A DNA stretch of 64,000 nucleotides from Eledone cirrhosa (Eukaryota), in assembly GCA_964016885.1 (NCBI GenBank), contig OZ024745.1, positions 118,048,001 to 118,112,000 of the forward strand, in the 5' to 3' direction. The translations under genes were made by a program, and so were the position numbers. Position 1 is the stretch's first letter; every line of letters begins with the position of its first letter. The notes beneath the pieces were generated by a model. That model saw only the letters and a program-made list of their open reading frames with translations, searched no databases and was not told where the DNA came from. Positions 13,157 through 24,139 of the stretch are shown here, piece by piece.

Positions 13157-13505
13157 GTTAGGTGCACTACAGTTACACCAGAGCCCAATAGATTCCATAC
13201 CCAGTACACACCGAGGATATTTCAGTGCCTCCAAGCAAGACACTTCTCCTCTTGGGAATTGTTACAATGCTAATACCTTCCTTTTCAATTATATGTGCTT
13301 TTATAATGCATTAGTATATTAATCTGAAGACACTCTTGTCAATAAAAGTGAAACAAACTTACTGAAGATTTGCTGAAAATCCTTTTAAGGATTTGTGCCG
13401 CATATGCGCACATGCACACACACGCACACATACACACACACACACACATGCACACATATACACACAGACATTCACACCCATACACGCACACACACATAAT
13501 GTGTG

Positions 13506-13540
<35 letters not shown>

Positions 13541-13823
13541 CACTTTTTTTGTTATTTTGTTCCTTTAACACCTTGTCCCTTCTACCATTTTATCAATTTT
13601 TAAGCCAACTCCAACAATAACAACACTTAGAATGAGGAATGTTCTAATAACTGACCAATGAGAGGAGAAGAGGACCTTTGACACTGAAATTCGTTTGTTT
13701 AAATTCATATGACTCCAGTTCCTCAGTGAAATAACAACCCAACAAGGAACTGGGTATATCAGAGTATTGACAATATTATACACCTCAACAACATATGTAC
13801 TTGCCTATACCATACTAATTCAA

Positions 13824-13878
13824 ACTGCCTGAAGAGGTCACAGCCAAAGATGGCTGTCACTGAAATATATATAGCAGT
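13824..13878 (+). ncRNA. Minimal type I hammerhead ribozyme
   Basis: actgc CTGAAGA ggtcacagcca-aaga-tggctgtcact GAAA tatata TA gcagt: perfect 5-bp stem I, 11-bp stem II with one mismatch, palindromic stem III. Followed by AATAAA and (TA)n. Confidence 0.85.
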
Positions 13879-13922
13879 AATAAACGAAGCTAAATTTTAA
13901 TCATTTGACTTTTATTTAACTT

Positions 13923-13970
<48 letters not shown>

Positions 13971-14299
13971 CTGACTATTCTTCAAGCTTATAATTTTATA
14001 TACCTATATATATGTATCATAACCCATGCTAACGTGAAAGATAGATGTTAATTGATGATGATGATGATATATATATTATATTGTTCAGATATTGTTCATG
14101 ATATATATATTATATATGTTCAGACACTGAGGAAGATGCATCACCATGTCATTATCAAGGTATATTGGGAATTTAAAATTTAAGAATAATAAAATTATCA
14201 GTAATAAAATTGAAATGTGTATCCGCCTTATTAGACCCATTGGTCCCACTACGAACAAGATTTAGCTTTCTATACATACAACATGCGTACACACACATA

Positions 14300-14452
14300 C
14301 AGTTTTTATCTGCCTGGTGGCCATGGCGAAAGAGGCCGTGTGGTGGACGCATTTGAAAGGGCTGAAGACGAGCAATTACCTCTTCGGTAATACCCTAATT
14401 AACTTTTTTAAATTTCATTTGAAAAGGAAAATCAGGGTGGAGAGGGAAGTGC
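14300..14452 (+). pseudogene. Tx1-like ORF2 C-terminal fragment
   Basis: AMAKEAVWWTHLKGLKT...LINFFKFHLKRKIRVEREVL, homologous to 17028-17219. Confidence 0.8.
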
Positions 14453-14454
14453 TC

Positions 14455-14586
14455 ATTGTTTGTCAGAATGTCGTAATGCAGACAGACAGGCATACAGACA
14501 GATATTATCAGGGCGCGACGGAGATGGATAACCGGCGCCTAACAACAGAATATTGAAAAATAAAAGCTGCAGTTAATATCTTTAGA
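14455..14586 (-). mobile_element. Helitron-like 5' end
   Basis: Reverse strand begins TCTAAAGATATTAA and contains ctgtctgt repeats typical of Helitron/HINE 5' ends (from recall). Confidence 0.4.
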
Positions 14587-14655
14587 CCGCAAGGAATATA
14601 TAAATGCAAGTCAATCGGTGTAGAAATGTGGATTTGTATAGATTTGCAAAAATGA

Positions 14656-14692
<37 letters not shown>

Positions 14693-14719
14693 ACTACAAT
14701 TTATATATATATATATATA

Positions 14720-14901
14720 TAGTTATGTAATAAACAACATAAGACAATTATTCCAGTGGTTTCTTAAAAGCAAAAAAAATTTTCTTTCAATCATCACCAA
14801 CAATAACACAGTTATATATATATGTTGTTTATTACATAACTATTAAGCTCTGTTACCTACATAGAGCACTCTTTTTTCCTGGACTTTTCCGACGGAATTA
14901 C

Positions 14902-14905
<4 letters not shown>
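14720..14905. mobile_element. Short fold-back element plus tail between (TA)n tracts
   Basis: Arms agttatgtaataaacaacat / atgttgtttattacataact. Degenerate minus-strand GTGATGA..GAAA core in the spacer; tail contains GAGCACT. Confidence 0.5.
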
Positions 14906-14934
<29 letters not shown>

Positions 14935-14936
<2 letters not shown>

Positions 14937-15712
14937 TCATCATTATCATCGTTTAACGTCCATCTTCCACGCTTGCATAGGTTTGGACGGGAGTTTTCCC
15001 ACTTGAGGCAAGATTTGTTGTCCTGCTCATATAGGACTGTCTGGCGGGTTTTCTACGGCTGGATGCCCTTCCTAACACCAACCACGTTTACAGTGTGGAC
15101 TGGGAGGTTTTTACTGTGTTACCTTCACGGCCACATTACAGCGTGGACTGTGTGTGTTTTTTATTGTCGTGACACCTATACGTCTGGCGGGTTTTCTACG
15201 GCTAGGTGCCCTTCCCAACACCAACCACGTTTACAGTATGGACTGGGAGGTTTTTACCGTGTTACCTACACGGCCACATTACAGCGTGGACTGTGTGTTT
15301 TTTTTGTCGTGACACCTACACGACCTCATTTGTTTTGGACTGGATGTTGTGGTACCAACATAACTTCACATTTAAGGGGGCGGTGTGGATGGGGTGGGGG
15401 TAGTGGGACGGAGGTGTATTTTGTTAGAGGAGCCTACTGACTGTAGGTTTCGCTTTGTACTTAGGCAAGGCGGGTCTTCTGTATGACTGTGTAGCGCCAA
15501 AGATCTCGGTCCAGTGACATTGTCTTGGAGAGGTGTAAGTGTGTGAGGTCGGAATTTATCAAGTCGTCCCAGGTTTTTCTGGGTCTGCCTACTCCGTGGC
15601 TACCGTCTATTTTTATTGCCCTGCACTTTTTTATACAGCTGTCGTCTTTCATGCGCATCACGTGACCGTACCAACGTAGTCTTTTCTCGAGTAAACAACA
15701 TCTGATCCCTTT
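14935..15712 (-). mobile_element. 5'-truncated RTE LINE (ORF end, 3'UTR with ~145-bp internal duplication, (GAT)n tail)
   Basis: RLRWYGHVMRMKDDSCIKKC...GRPRKTWDD...DRDLWR; nearly identical to 33780-34425. Confidence 0.9.
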
Positions 15713-15869
15713 TATATATGCATATATGTACGTCAATACTCATCTTTTTCCATTTATCTGAGGGTTCTAAACCCCATTATCAGGCTAAAATTCATTTAGT
15801 CAAAAATACGGTGAAAGCTATTCTATTTTCTAATTTCAAACCTGCTCACTGTTTCAAAACATACTTACT

Positions 15870-15907
<38 letters not shown>

Positions 15908-16568
15908 TTCAAAATATTAATAAATATAGACGTTCATGTCATCAAATATATTTTATTATATATATTTCGGAGTTACTGTGCTGTTTCCTCAAAGGCCAGT
16001 AACATCGGGCACTACTGTTGTTGTTGTTGCTGCTAATCTCACCTCGTAGCCATAACAACGAGGGAGGTAGTGGGTGTTGTGTTCAAACGTTTGAATTTTG
16101 TTTTTCTTTTGATGTTGCCTTTGTTTTTGTCTGTGTTATGTTTGGTAGCTTATTGACTTGTTAGTTATATTCAATATAGAGGTTGACATCCTTCCTTCAT
16201 ATTTTAACTAAATATTTTGAGAGAACTTATGAGATACAACAATAATAATAATTATTATTATTATGGGATTGGTGGTGGTGGTGGTGGTGGTGGTGATATT
16301 GCCATTATTTGGCTGTTGTAGTTAGTGGACGCAGAAGAGTTTTCTTCCACTTGTAATCATTTTTATTTTAATATAACATTTTTAATATAAGATTAAATAT
16401 TTGAGTTAAATTCCCAGATATTATGTGGTCTCACTTCTTGAAGGTGAGGACTGTTTCTTTCTGATCCATTTGCAATAAAAGTTATTATATCACAGGTGTT
16501 TTAAATATTTAAAAAATAAACTTACAGGAGCGAATCCATAACAATACATATCTTCAGGCTTTTTTAAA

Positions 16569-17370
16569 TTGCTCGGGGTCTGGTTCGGACCGGACCTCCA
16601 GATGGAGAAAAACTGGAGCGAGGTGACGAGCAAGGTGACCTCCCTCACCCAGAAATGGGCCGAGAGGAAGCTGTCCCTGAAAGGCTGGGCGTTGAAGGAG
16701 ATCAGCTGTTTGCTCTCTCCCGGAGAACGTTCAGCCCAGGGCCTATGGATAACTTCCCAAAATCCCTGGCCTTTCAGTGCTACTGGGGAGCGTTGCCGGT
16801 TCGAGATAAGCTCTACAGGCACGGAAGTGCCGTCAGCCGAGCCTGTCCGAGATGCGCGCAAAGCGACGAAACCGTCGTGCACGCACTCGTTCAGTGTCCG
16901 AGCATTGCTGACTTGTGGAGCTATGTCGAACAGTGCTGTCGCGTGTAGGACTGATCCAGTTATCGACTGAGTCTCGCCGTCTTCCTTCGAGGAGGAAGGG
17001 CAGGCAGTTTTCATCTGCCTGGCGGCCATGGCGAAAGAGATTGTGTGGTGGACAAGGTTGAAAGGGTTAAAGACAGATACTTTCCTCTTCGGCGAATCCC
17101 TAATTAACTTTTTCAAGTTTCACTTGAAGACGAAAATCAAGGTGGAGAGGCAAGTGCTGCCTTCTTATAAGTTTGTTGAAAGGTGGGTGAAAGTGGCGAG
17201 TCTGGAGTCTGGCGAGTGAATGGGCCCGCTCTGAGTATGTTCCTGTAGACTGAGGAGTGGGAAAACTGAGAGAGGGCACTTGCCCTGGTGGTCAGGGTGG
17301 CTGTGGTCTTTTTTGTGTGGTTTTCGCCACGGGTGACCCTCGGAGGTTTCCCCCTTTTTGGGGAATTTTT
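16569..17370 (+). pseudogene. Internally deleted Tx1-like ORF2 3' part (RT end, zf-RVT-like CCHC) plus 3'UTR
   Basis: LGVWFGPDLQMEKNWSEV...KLSLKG, then ALPVRDKLYRHG...CPRCAQSDETVVHALVQC, then AKEIVWWTRLKG. Confidence 0.85.
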
Positions 17371-17374
17371 GTTG

Positions 17375-17483
17375 TTACGGCCCTTGCCATTCTGAGTTCA
17401 AATCCCGCCGAGGTTAACTTTGCCTTTCATCCTTACGGGGTCGTAAAATAAAGTACCAGCAATGCACTGGGTAATTGCTGGCC

Positions 17484-17510
<27 letters not shown>
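17375..17510 (+). mobile_element. 5'-truncated SINE A with (ATT)n tail
   Basis: B box gagttcaaatcccgcc and central domain present. Confidence 0.85.
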
Positions 17511-17512
<2 letters not shown>

Positions 17513-17518
<6 letters not shown>

Positions 17519-17703
17519 TATAAATAAGTTCTCAACACATATGTATACTACCTAAGGTTTTAAACCCTGACCAACATATGAAATAATCTTGGTTTTGCCA
17601 AGACAACTAAATTAGCAAATGTAAAATCTCTATGTCATATGCTGGATGGAGTTTGAAACCTTAGTTAGCATGAATTTATGTTGAGAACTTATGTATATAA
17701 TAT
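17513..17703. mobile_element. Diverged fold-back element
   Basis: tatattatataaataagttctcaaca...ctaaggttttaaac is an imperfect inverted repeat of gtttgaaaccttag...tgttgagaacttatgtatataatata. Confidence 0.55.
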
Positions 17704-17785
17704 ACTTTGGTTCTGTAATTTACATACAGTGCTTTTTTCTTCGATCTATTTTTCAGAAACTCTTTGTACTATATATATATATATA

Positions 17786-18180
17786 TATAGTAAATGAGTG
17801 AAGAATAACATGGATCAGCTATACAATAGGGTGTATTCAAAGTATTAACAATTGTTTCATTATTAAATCTTCAGTATTCTGAAGATTTGGTCTGGTATCA
17901 ACTGTAATTAAAATCGTGTGACGTAGCATCTAACGATCAGTGATTTTTTGACACACCGAACTAATGAAACAATTGTTAATGCTTTGAATAAATCCTATTG
18001 TACAGCCGATCCACGTTATTCTTCACTCATTTACTATTATTACTCCAAGATCTGCTTACCTAGGAACTGTCTTGATTCGGCCACCCGACTAAGGAAACTT
18101 CTTGTTGGGTCAAACAACGCCGAACGTTAAAACTGTCATCTATACAGAGTACTCATAACATCTACTAGGATTACCTTAAA
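17786..18180 (+). mobile_element. Fold-back pLTR-like element (arms ~17786-17863 / ~17962-18037) plus tail, next to (TA)n
   Basis: atagtaaatgagtgaagaataac... / ...gttattcttcactcatttactat. Tail begins TACTCC and contains GAGTACT. Confidence 0.75.
17873..17983 (+). ncRNA. Type I hammerhead with ~80-nt stem II region
   Basis: agtatt CTGAAGA tttggt...actaat GAAA caattg TT aatgct: stem I agtatt/aatgct, palindromic stem III CAATTG. Confidence 0.65.
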
Positions 18181-18214
18181 CGATTTCTCGTTAACTTATA
18201 TATATGTGTGTGTG

Positions 18215-18510
18215 TGTTAATGTGCGTGAACGACCAAGCATGGACGAGTTGAGAGATAAACTGTGTATAAGAGGAATAAACTGTAGTGTGCGGGAGAGAA
18301 GACTGCGTTGGCATGGCCATGTAATGCTCATGGAAGATGACTGCTGGGTGAAAAAGTGCCAAAAGATCTTGGTTGGAAGGAAGATGTAGTAGAAGAAGAC
18401 CACGAAAAACATGGCAGAGGAGGTGACGAATGGAGAGATGATGTGCTGGAGAAGACCCGTACCACCTTTGCAAGCAAGGAAAAGCGGACGTAAAATGATG
18501 ATGATGATAC
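18215..18510 (+). mobile_element. RTE LINE 3' fragment
   Basis: ELRDKLCIRGINCSVRERRLRWHGHV; ends aaagcggacgtaaaatgatgatg. Confidence 0.85.
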
Positions 18511-18869
18511 ATATTTCTCCATCATCAACGTTATTTTATAATTGTTTTCCTTGCTGGCATGTTTCCAACAGGTATTTCTTGCTACTTTTATTTACCTCTA
18601 GATGTATTCAAATATTATGTATAGTCATCTGCATTGTGGTGGCTTCCCACATAAACAAATATGTGTACAAATTTGATATGGTTTGTAAATTAACTAAATG
18701 TAATATATATGCATATGTGTGTGTGTTGTTCCCAAACTAAGTGCACTTATGACATGGTAAGACAACAATGCATGGATATAGCTATGTTGGTCATGAGGTT
18801 GGGTGCACATACATACTTGTTTCAACATGATTGATTGAGTCGTTCGTGAATTATTGCTGTTTATGTAGA

Positions 18870-19872
18870 GACATGTTTATAACCGCTGTGAAACTCAACA
18901 ATCTGCCACCAAAACATTTCATTCTTTAACAAAAACCTTATGGCGATGCCACTCAATCAGGAAGTAAGGATTTCAAGTGGCACAAAGCTTCCAAAGAAGG
19001 CCCAGAAAATGTTGACGGAAGGCCAATCTAGTTAAATGAACAAAATGTGGAAGTGGTGCAAGCAGTGATGGTGAAAGATCGTCAATTAAGTGTTAGAATG
19101 GTTGAAAAATAAACGGGCATTGACAAAAATGTAGCTCACAGAATTTTAACAGACTATTTGTGCAGGTGAAAAATTTGTGCAAAACTACTGCCCAAACACT
19201 TGTGTATAGAGCAAAAAGTGAACCGGTTGTAAATTTGTCAGGATTTGCTGAATTGAGCTGAATTTCCTGGATGAATCAGATGAATCATAAGTATTCGTGT
19301 ATGATCCAGAGACAAATCGACAAAGTGAGGAGTGACATAAAAAACTCTCCTCGTCCGAAGAAAGGAAGCTTCAGCAGAACCAGGGAAAAAACGATGATAA
19401 TTATTGTTTACAATGAATGTTTACTTCCAGGACAGACAGTTAATTGTACCTTCTACAAAGTTGTCTTGGAATGACTTGGAAAACGGGTCCAGCGAGTTCA
19501 AAAAGACATTGCAGAAGATTGGGTACTGCACCACAATAGCATGTCTGCTCACACATCTTCAATTAGAGAATTTCTAGCAAAGAAAAACATTTCCATTCTT
19601 CCACATCCTCCCTACAGGCCAGATCTAACTCTGTGTGATTGCTGCTACTTCTCTAAATTGAAGTTGAAGGATCATTGTGGAAAACATAAAAAAATTTGTG
19701 ACCGACAAGCTAAGAATACTCACAGAAATTGACCTCCAATTTCAATGGAAAATACCACTGTGTGACTTCCAAACTGTTGTATTTTGAAGGAGATTACTTG
19801 TAGTTTCATGTACATCTAATATACATTTAAATGAAACATCAGTACCTTTACTTTGAAGACAAAACCTTGTAT
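18870..19872 (+). pseudogene. Mariner transposase pseudogene with right TIR
   Basis: Frameshifted HTH (...YGDAT...FKWHKASKEG...GRP) and catalytic region (LHHNSMSAHTS.IREFLAKKNISILPHPPYRPDLTLCD, equivalent to YSPDLAPCD). Right end is TIR-like and finishes ...aaaaccttg-TA. Confidence 0.85.
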
Positions 19873-20059
19873 ACGCTGGAATAAGCTTGTTAAAATTCAC
19901 TTCAGTGTGCTCCCAAAATTATTTGGCTTTCAATTGATACCAATTTGTTCTTGTTGGTAATAATAAAATTCTAATGTCGAAAACAATGACTTGGAACAAA
20001 TATTCATTCTTTTCCATCTTTAAATAATCATGTTTTAAAAATCTTTTTTAAATACAGGG

Positions 20060-20200
20060 TCTGAGGTCCCTGCTATCTTTCGATATCACCATCCTTCATG
20101 TCCACTGAGAAGTACCAGTTCAATCGTTTCTTCTTTCAACAAACTCATAGTTAATTGTAAATAATGATATTTCTTGTGTCCAGACTTTAGGGACACCTCT
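20060..20200 (-). mobile_element. Tc1/mariner-type element 5' end fragment
   Basis: TIR-like (c)agaggtgtccctaaagtctggacac followed by MSLLKEETIELVLLSGHEGW*YRKIA. Confidence 0.5.
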
Positions 20201-20627
20201 GTTTCTTTATTTCAAAACAACAGCTACCACTTACCTTTTTGTTATGCATAAAGTTGTTGGATTTAGTGAGAGCATCCAACAGTAGAAACCATGCCAAATA
20301 TGGAACATATTAGCAAGATCAGTTACTGTGAGTTGTCTGGTCTCAGGCCATGACAACCCATCCAATCTATTCCAGCATGGGTAGCAAATGTAAAAGAATT
20401 ATTATGACAATGGTGATGATGATAATGAAACTCACCCACCCACACACACATATATGCGATGTGCTGAGTCATAGAAACAAAGATAGTAAAGTCTGCAATA
20501 GAGTTGAATATATTATTCTATTAATTGATAACATTACAAATATATAAATCAGTTTCAATCAGTTTGTCCTTGTACAACTTAAATATTCATACATCAATAA
20601 ACTTATGTATTAATATATTAATATATA

Positions 20628-20843
20628 TATATTTATTAAAATAAAAGCGTGAAGTTTAAGCAAAGAATCACTGCTTTCACCCTTAAGATCTTAAGATCCT
20701 GTTAAGGGTGAAAGCAGCGATTCTTTACTTAAACTTCAATCTCTTATTTTAATAAATATTTGCTCTAGGCTTCTTATATATTTGATATATATTTATCCTT
20801 ATCGAGCCCTCTTTGGATTTTAATCTTCAAATTTATTATTATT
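20628..20843 (+). mobile_element. Fold-back element family F plus tail
   Basis: Arms atatttattaaaataa...ctgctttcaccctta / ttaagggtgaaagcagcgattc...aataaatat. Tail is the reverse complement of 28203-28285. Confidence 0.8.
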
Positions 20844-20845
20844 GC

Positions 20846-21213
20846 TATCATCATCATTTTACGTCCGCTTTTCCCTGCTTGCAAGGATGCGACAGGAACT
20901 GATTCTGGCTTGATTTCTACAGCTGGATGCCCTTCCTAACACCAACCTCATTTACAATGAGTGCTGGGTGCTTATTTTTCGTGGCGGCTACACGTCCACT
21001 TTACAGTGTGGGCTGGGTGCTTTATTTGCCATGGCACCTCCACGACCACTTTGCAGTGGAATGATAGGGACCCCAGTCCCTATCATCTCATTTCTACAGC
21101 TGAGTAAACTGGAGCAATATGAAATAAAGTGTCTTGCTCAAGGAAACAACACATCGCCCGGTCTGAGAATTGAACTCACAACCTTTCGATTGCAAGGCCA
21201 ATGCTCTAACCAC
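20846..21213 (-). mobile_element. SINE family B (tRNA head, central domain, RTE-derived tail)
   Basis: Reverse complement of 51541-51890. Confidence 0.9.
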
Positions 21214-21254
21214 ATTGATTGTTTTCAATTTATTGGGGTTTAAAAATATTTTAA

Positions 21255-21680
21255 TATTTTAGCATTTACAAAAGCTAAGTATGATCAACATGAGTACAAA
21301 TGTGTCTATTCCAATTTACCATGTCAAAGCTATGGGAATGTTACCTCTGGTAGTTGAAGAGCTTTCACTTAATAACATAGGAAGTAATATTTTTGTCTTA
21401 GTTTCATCATTTATTCATACCTAAATGGATACATCGACATATCTACCTTTCACTTAATAACATAGGAAGTAATATTTTTGTCTTTGTTTCATCATTTATT
21501 CATACCTAAATGAATACATCGACATATCTACCACTATTAGTATTATATAAGTTAAAAGATTAAAACTTTAAGTTTTCAAAATAAATAAAATCAAAATCTC
21601 ATAGATTTGATATTATGTGAGATAAAGCCTTTACTGTGAAAATACAATAGTTTATATAGAGTAATGTAAATGCTAAAGGG
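21255..21680. mobile_element. piggyBac-type MITE with internal 85-bp tandem duplication (related fragment ~31460-31580)
   Basis: TTAA flanks at 21251 and 21681; TIR tttagcatttaca / tgtaaatgctaaaggg; duplication 21362-21446 / 21447-21531. Confidence 0.6.
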
Positions 21681-22121
21681 TTAAGTCACTTCCATATTAA
21701 GACATATCAAGACAAATATACAAACACACTGGAATACATAGACACACACACATAGAGACAAACATATTACACATAAATACAATATTTCAAATTAAATGTT
21801 TTAGCAAAGTTTTGTTGACAGAAAATTTAAGGAAAGTGTTTTCTTTTTATTTCTATTTTCAACATCAGGGTTTAGTTGACATATTTTCTGGTGTTCTTCT
21901 GTTGCTCCTATTTCTATAGATATATATGGTCTTTAACTAAGTTTGAACTCAGAGCCTTTTCTTTATTTCTGACAGGTGTTCCAACATTCGTAAACACTAT
22001 GCTACAATACTGAAGGATAATCTGTGTTATGAATAAATTCTGAGATAAAATTCAGAGAAAAAATATACATACATATGTATGTACATACATAAATAAATAA
22101 ATGAATATATATATATATATA

Positions 22122-22325
22122 TATATTTATTAAAATAACAGATTAAAGTTTAAGCAAAGAATCGCTGCTTTCACCCTTAACAGGAACTTCTGAAACTCGG
22201 AAGATCCCGTTGAGGGTGAAAGCAGCGATTCTTTAGAAATAAAGTGCAAATAAAATATACAGACATAAGGGTGAAAGCAGCGATTCTTTGCTTAAACTTT
22301 AATTTGTTATTTTAATAAATATATA
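22122..22325. mobile_element. Fold-back element family F between (TA)n tracts
   Basis: Inverted arms, the second interrupted by a captured flank segment (ttagaaataaagtgcaaataaa, also at ~22377). Confidence 0.8.
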
Positions 22326-22582
22326 TATATATATATGTATATATATTTATATAAATATGAAATATATAATGTCTGTTTAGAAATAAAGTGCAAATAAAGT
22401 TTGAATATACTCCAATGTAAATGTATTATGAGAATGAAAACAAAACATCTGTAGTTAATTGTCTGAAAAACTCAAACTGAGAGAAATATAACTCAATGGA
22501 AAAGACATGTAAGAAGGTAAAACATATAGGAAATCATCACATGTTGGAATATGGTTCGAGAACACCAAACTAAAGTGTACTT

Positions 22583-22893
22583 TCATCATCATTTCTTTTA
22601 CGTCCGCTTTTTCCCTGCTTGCAAGGGTGAGACGGGAACTGATTCTGGCTTGATTTGTACAGCTGGATGCCCTTCCTAACACCAACCTCATTTACAGTGA
22701 GTGCTGGGTGCTTTTTTGCCGTGGCATTCCAGTGGAATGATAGGGACCCCAGTCTCATTTCTACAGCTGAGTAAACTGGAGCAATGTGAAATAAAGTGCC
22801 TTGCTCAAGGAAACAACACATCACCCGGTCTGAGAATTGAACTCACAACCTTCGATGGCAAGGCCAATGCTCTAACCACTAAGCCATGTGCCT
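22583..22893 (-). mobile_element. SINE family B
   Basis: Reverse complement of 51541-51890 with a short internal deletion. Confidence 0.9.
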
Positions 22894-23481
22894 ACTTTGT
22901 AATAAACAATACAAGTATATTTGTTATTTCACAAACAAAAGAGAAGAGTCATGTGAATTGAAACCAATACTTTGTCAACTTAAACAGCAGTAACAAATAA
23001 ACAAAACTAAAAATTTAGATTCGTGTATTTTTAGGGGATTGTTTTTTTTGTTGTTCTTTTTGTGGTGAGAAGGTTGTTTTTCTCTTTTTTTTTTCTTTGT
23101 TTTTCAATTTTTCAATATTTCATGAAATATTGTCGATTGTTATGTTTTGTTAAAAGTTTGTTTAAAAAATACATAGGAAAATACATCTGATTCCATTGAA
23201 AGATCATGTTTAGAGAGACTGGGAAAATGTGGAGCCAAGAATGATTTATTGGTGCAAGTAGGTTTATTATTAAGAGGTTGCTAGATGGATCCATTTTTAA
23301 GAATTACATCTGTTAAAAGAGGTGTTATTATAACTTGTATATTGAATTATTTTTATTCATCGAGGTAGACTGTAGCAAATGGAGTAATATATTAACGATA
23401 ACATTTTCTTGTGTCTGTGTATAAATATATATATATATATATTTGCATATATTTGCATATATGCATATATATATATATGTA

Positions 23482-23527
<46 letters not shown>

Positions 23528-23535
23528 TACTGGTT

Positions 23536-23571
<36 letters not shown>

Positions 23572-23988
23572 ACGTTAAAAGAGATAGAAGACTAAACAAG
23601 GTAAAATGGACTGTAAGATGAGGTAACTAAGTACCAGTAATGCACTGGTTAATTTCTGGCCTTGTGCCGAAAGAAGAAACAATTATTATACTAAATCTCC
23701 ATCGTAACAACAAACTACGAATGTTGAGAGCTTTCTCCTGCTTGCTCCTGTTTTTAACAAAACAATCTCTTCGGAACACACACATATATATGATGATGAT
23801 GGCTGCCCCCTCGTTATCGAGTATGGCCATTGCACGAGAAGAAAAAAAAATAAAATAAATAATAATAATAAATAAATAAAAAAAATAAAAAAGAAATATA
23901 TATATATATATATACATACATACATATATATACATACACACATACATACACATACACACACACATATACACACACATACATTAATAAC

Positions 23989-24028
<40 letters not shown>

Positions 24029-24139
24029 GCAATAATAATAATAACGACAACAACAATATTAATATACATATTCATATATATATATACACACACACGCACG
24101 CACATAAGCATATCTACACATACACACACACGATAGCAA

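Noticed and set aside
13320-13372. Hammerhead-like CTGAAGA...GAAA (similar cases at 7580-7625 and 14127-14225)
   Set aside because: Stems I and III cannot be formed convincingly; at best heavily decayed.
20228-20240. Strong minus-strand splice donor AG|GTAAGT
   Set aside because: The would-be exon is a decayed RTE-like 3'UTR and no acceptor or frame supports it.
23112-23294. Possible host exon on minus (also 21800-21920)
   Set aside because: Short open frames with no recognisable domain and no consistent partner exons; cannot be supported without RNA-seq.
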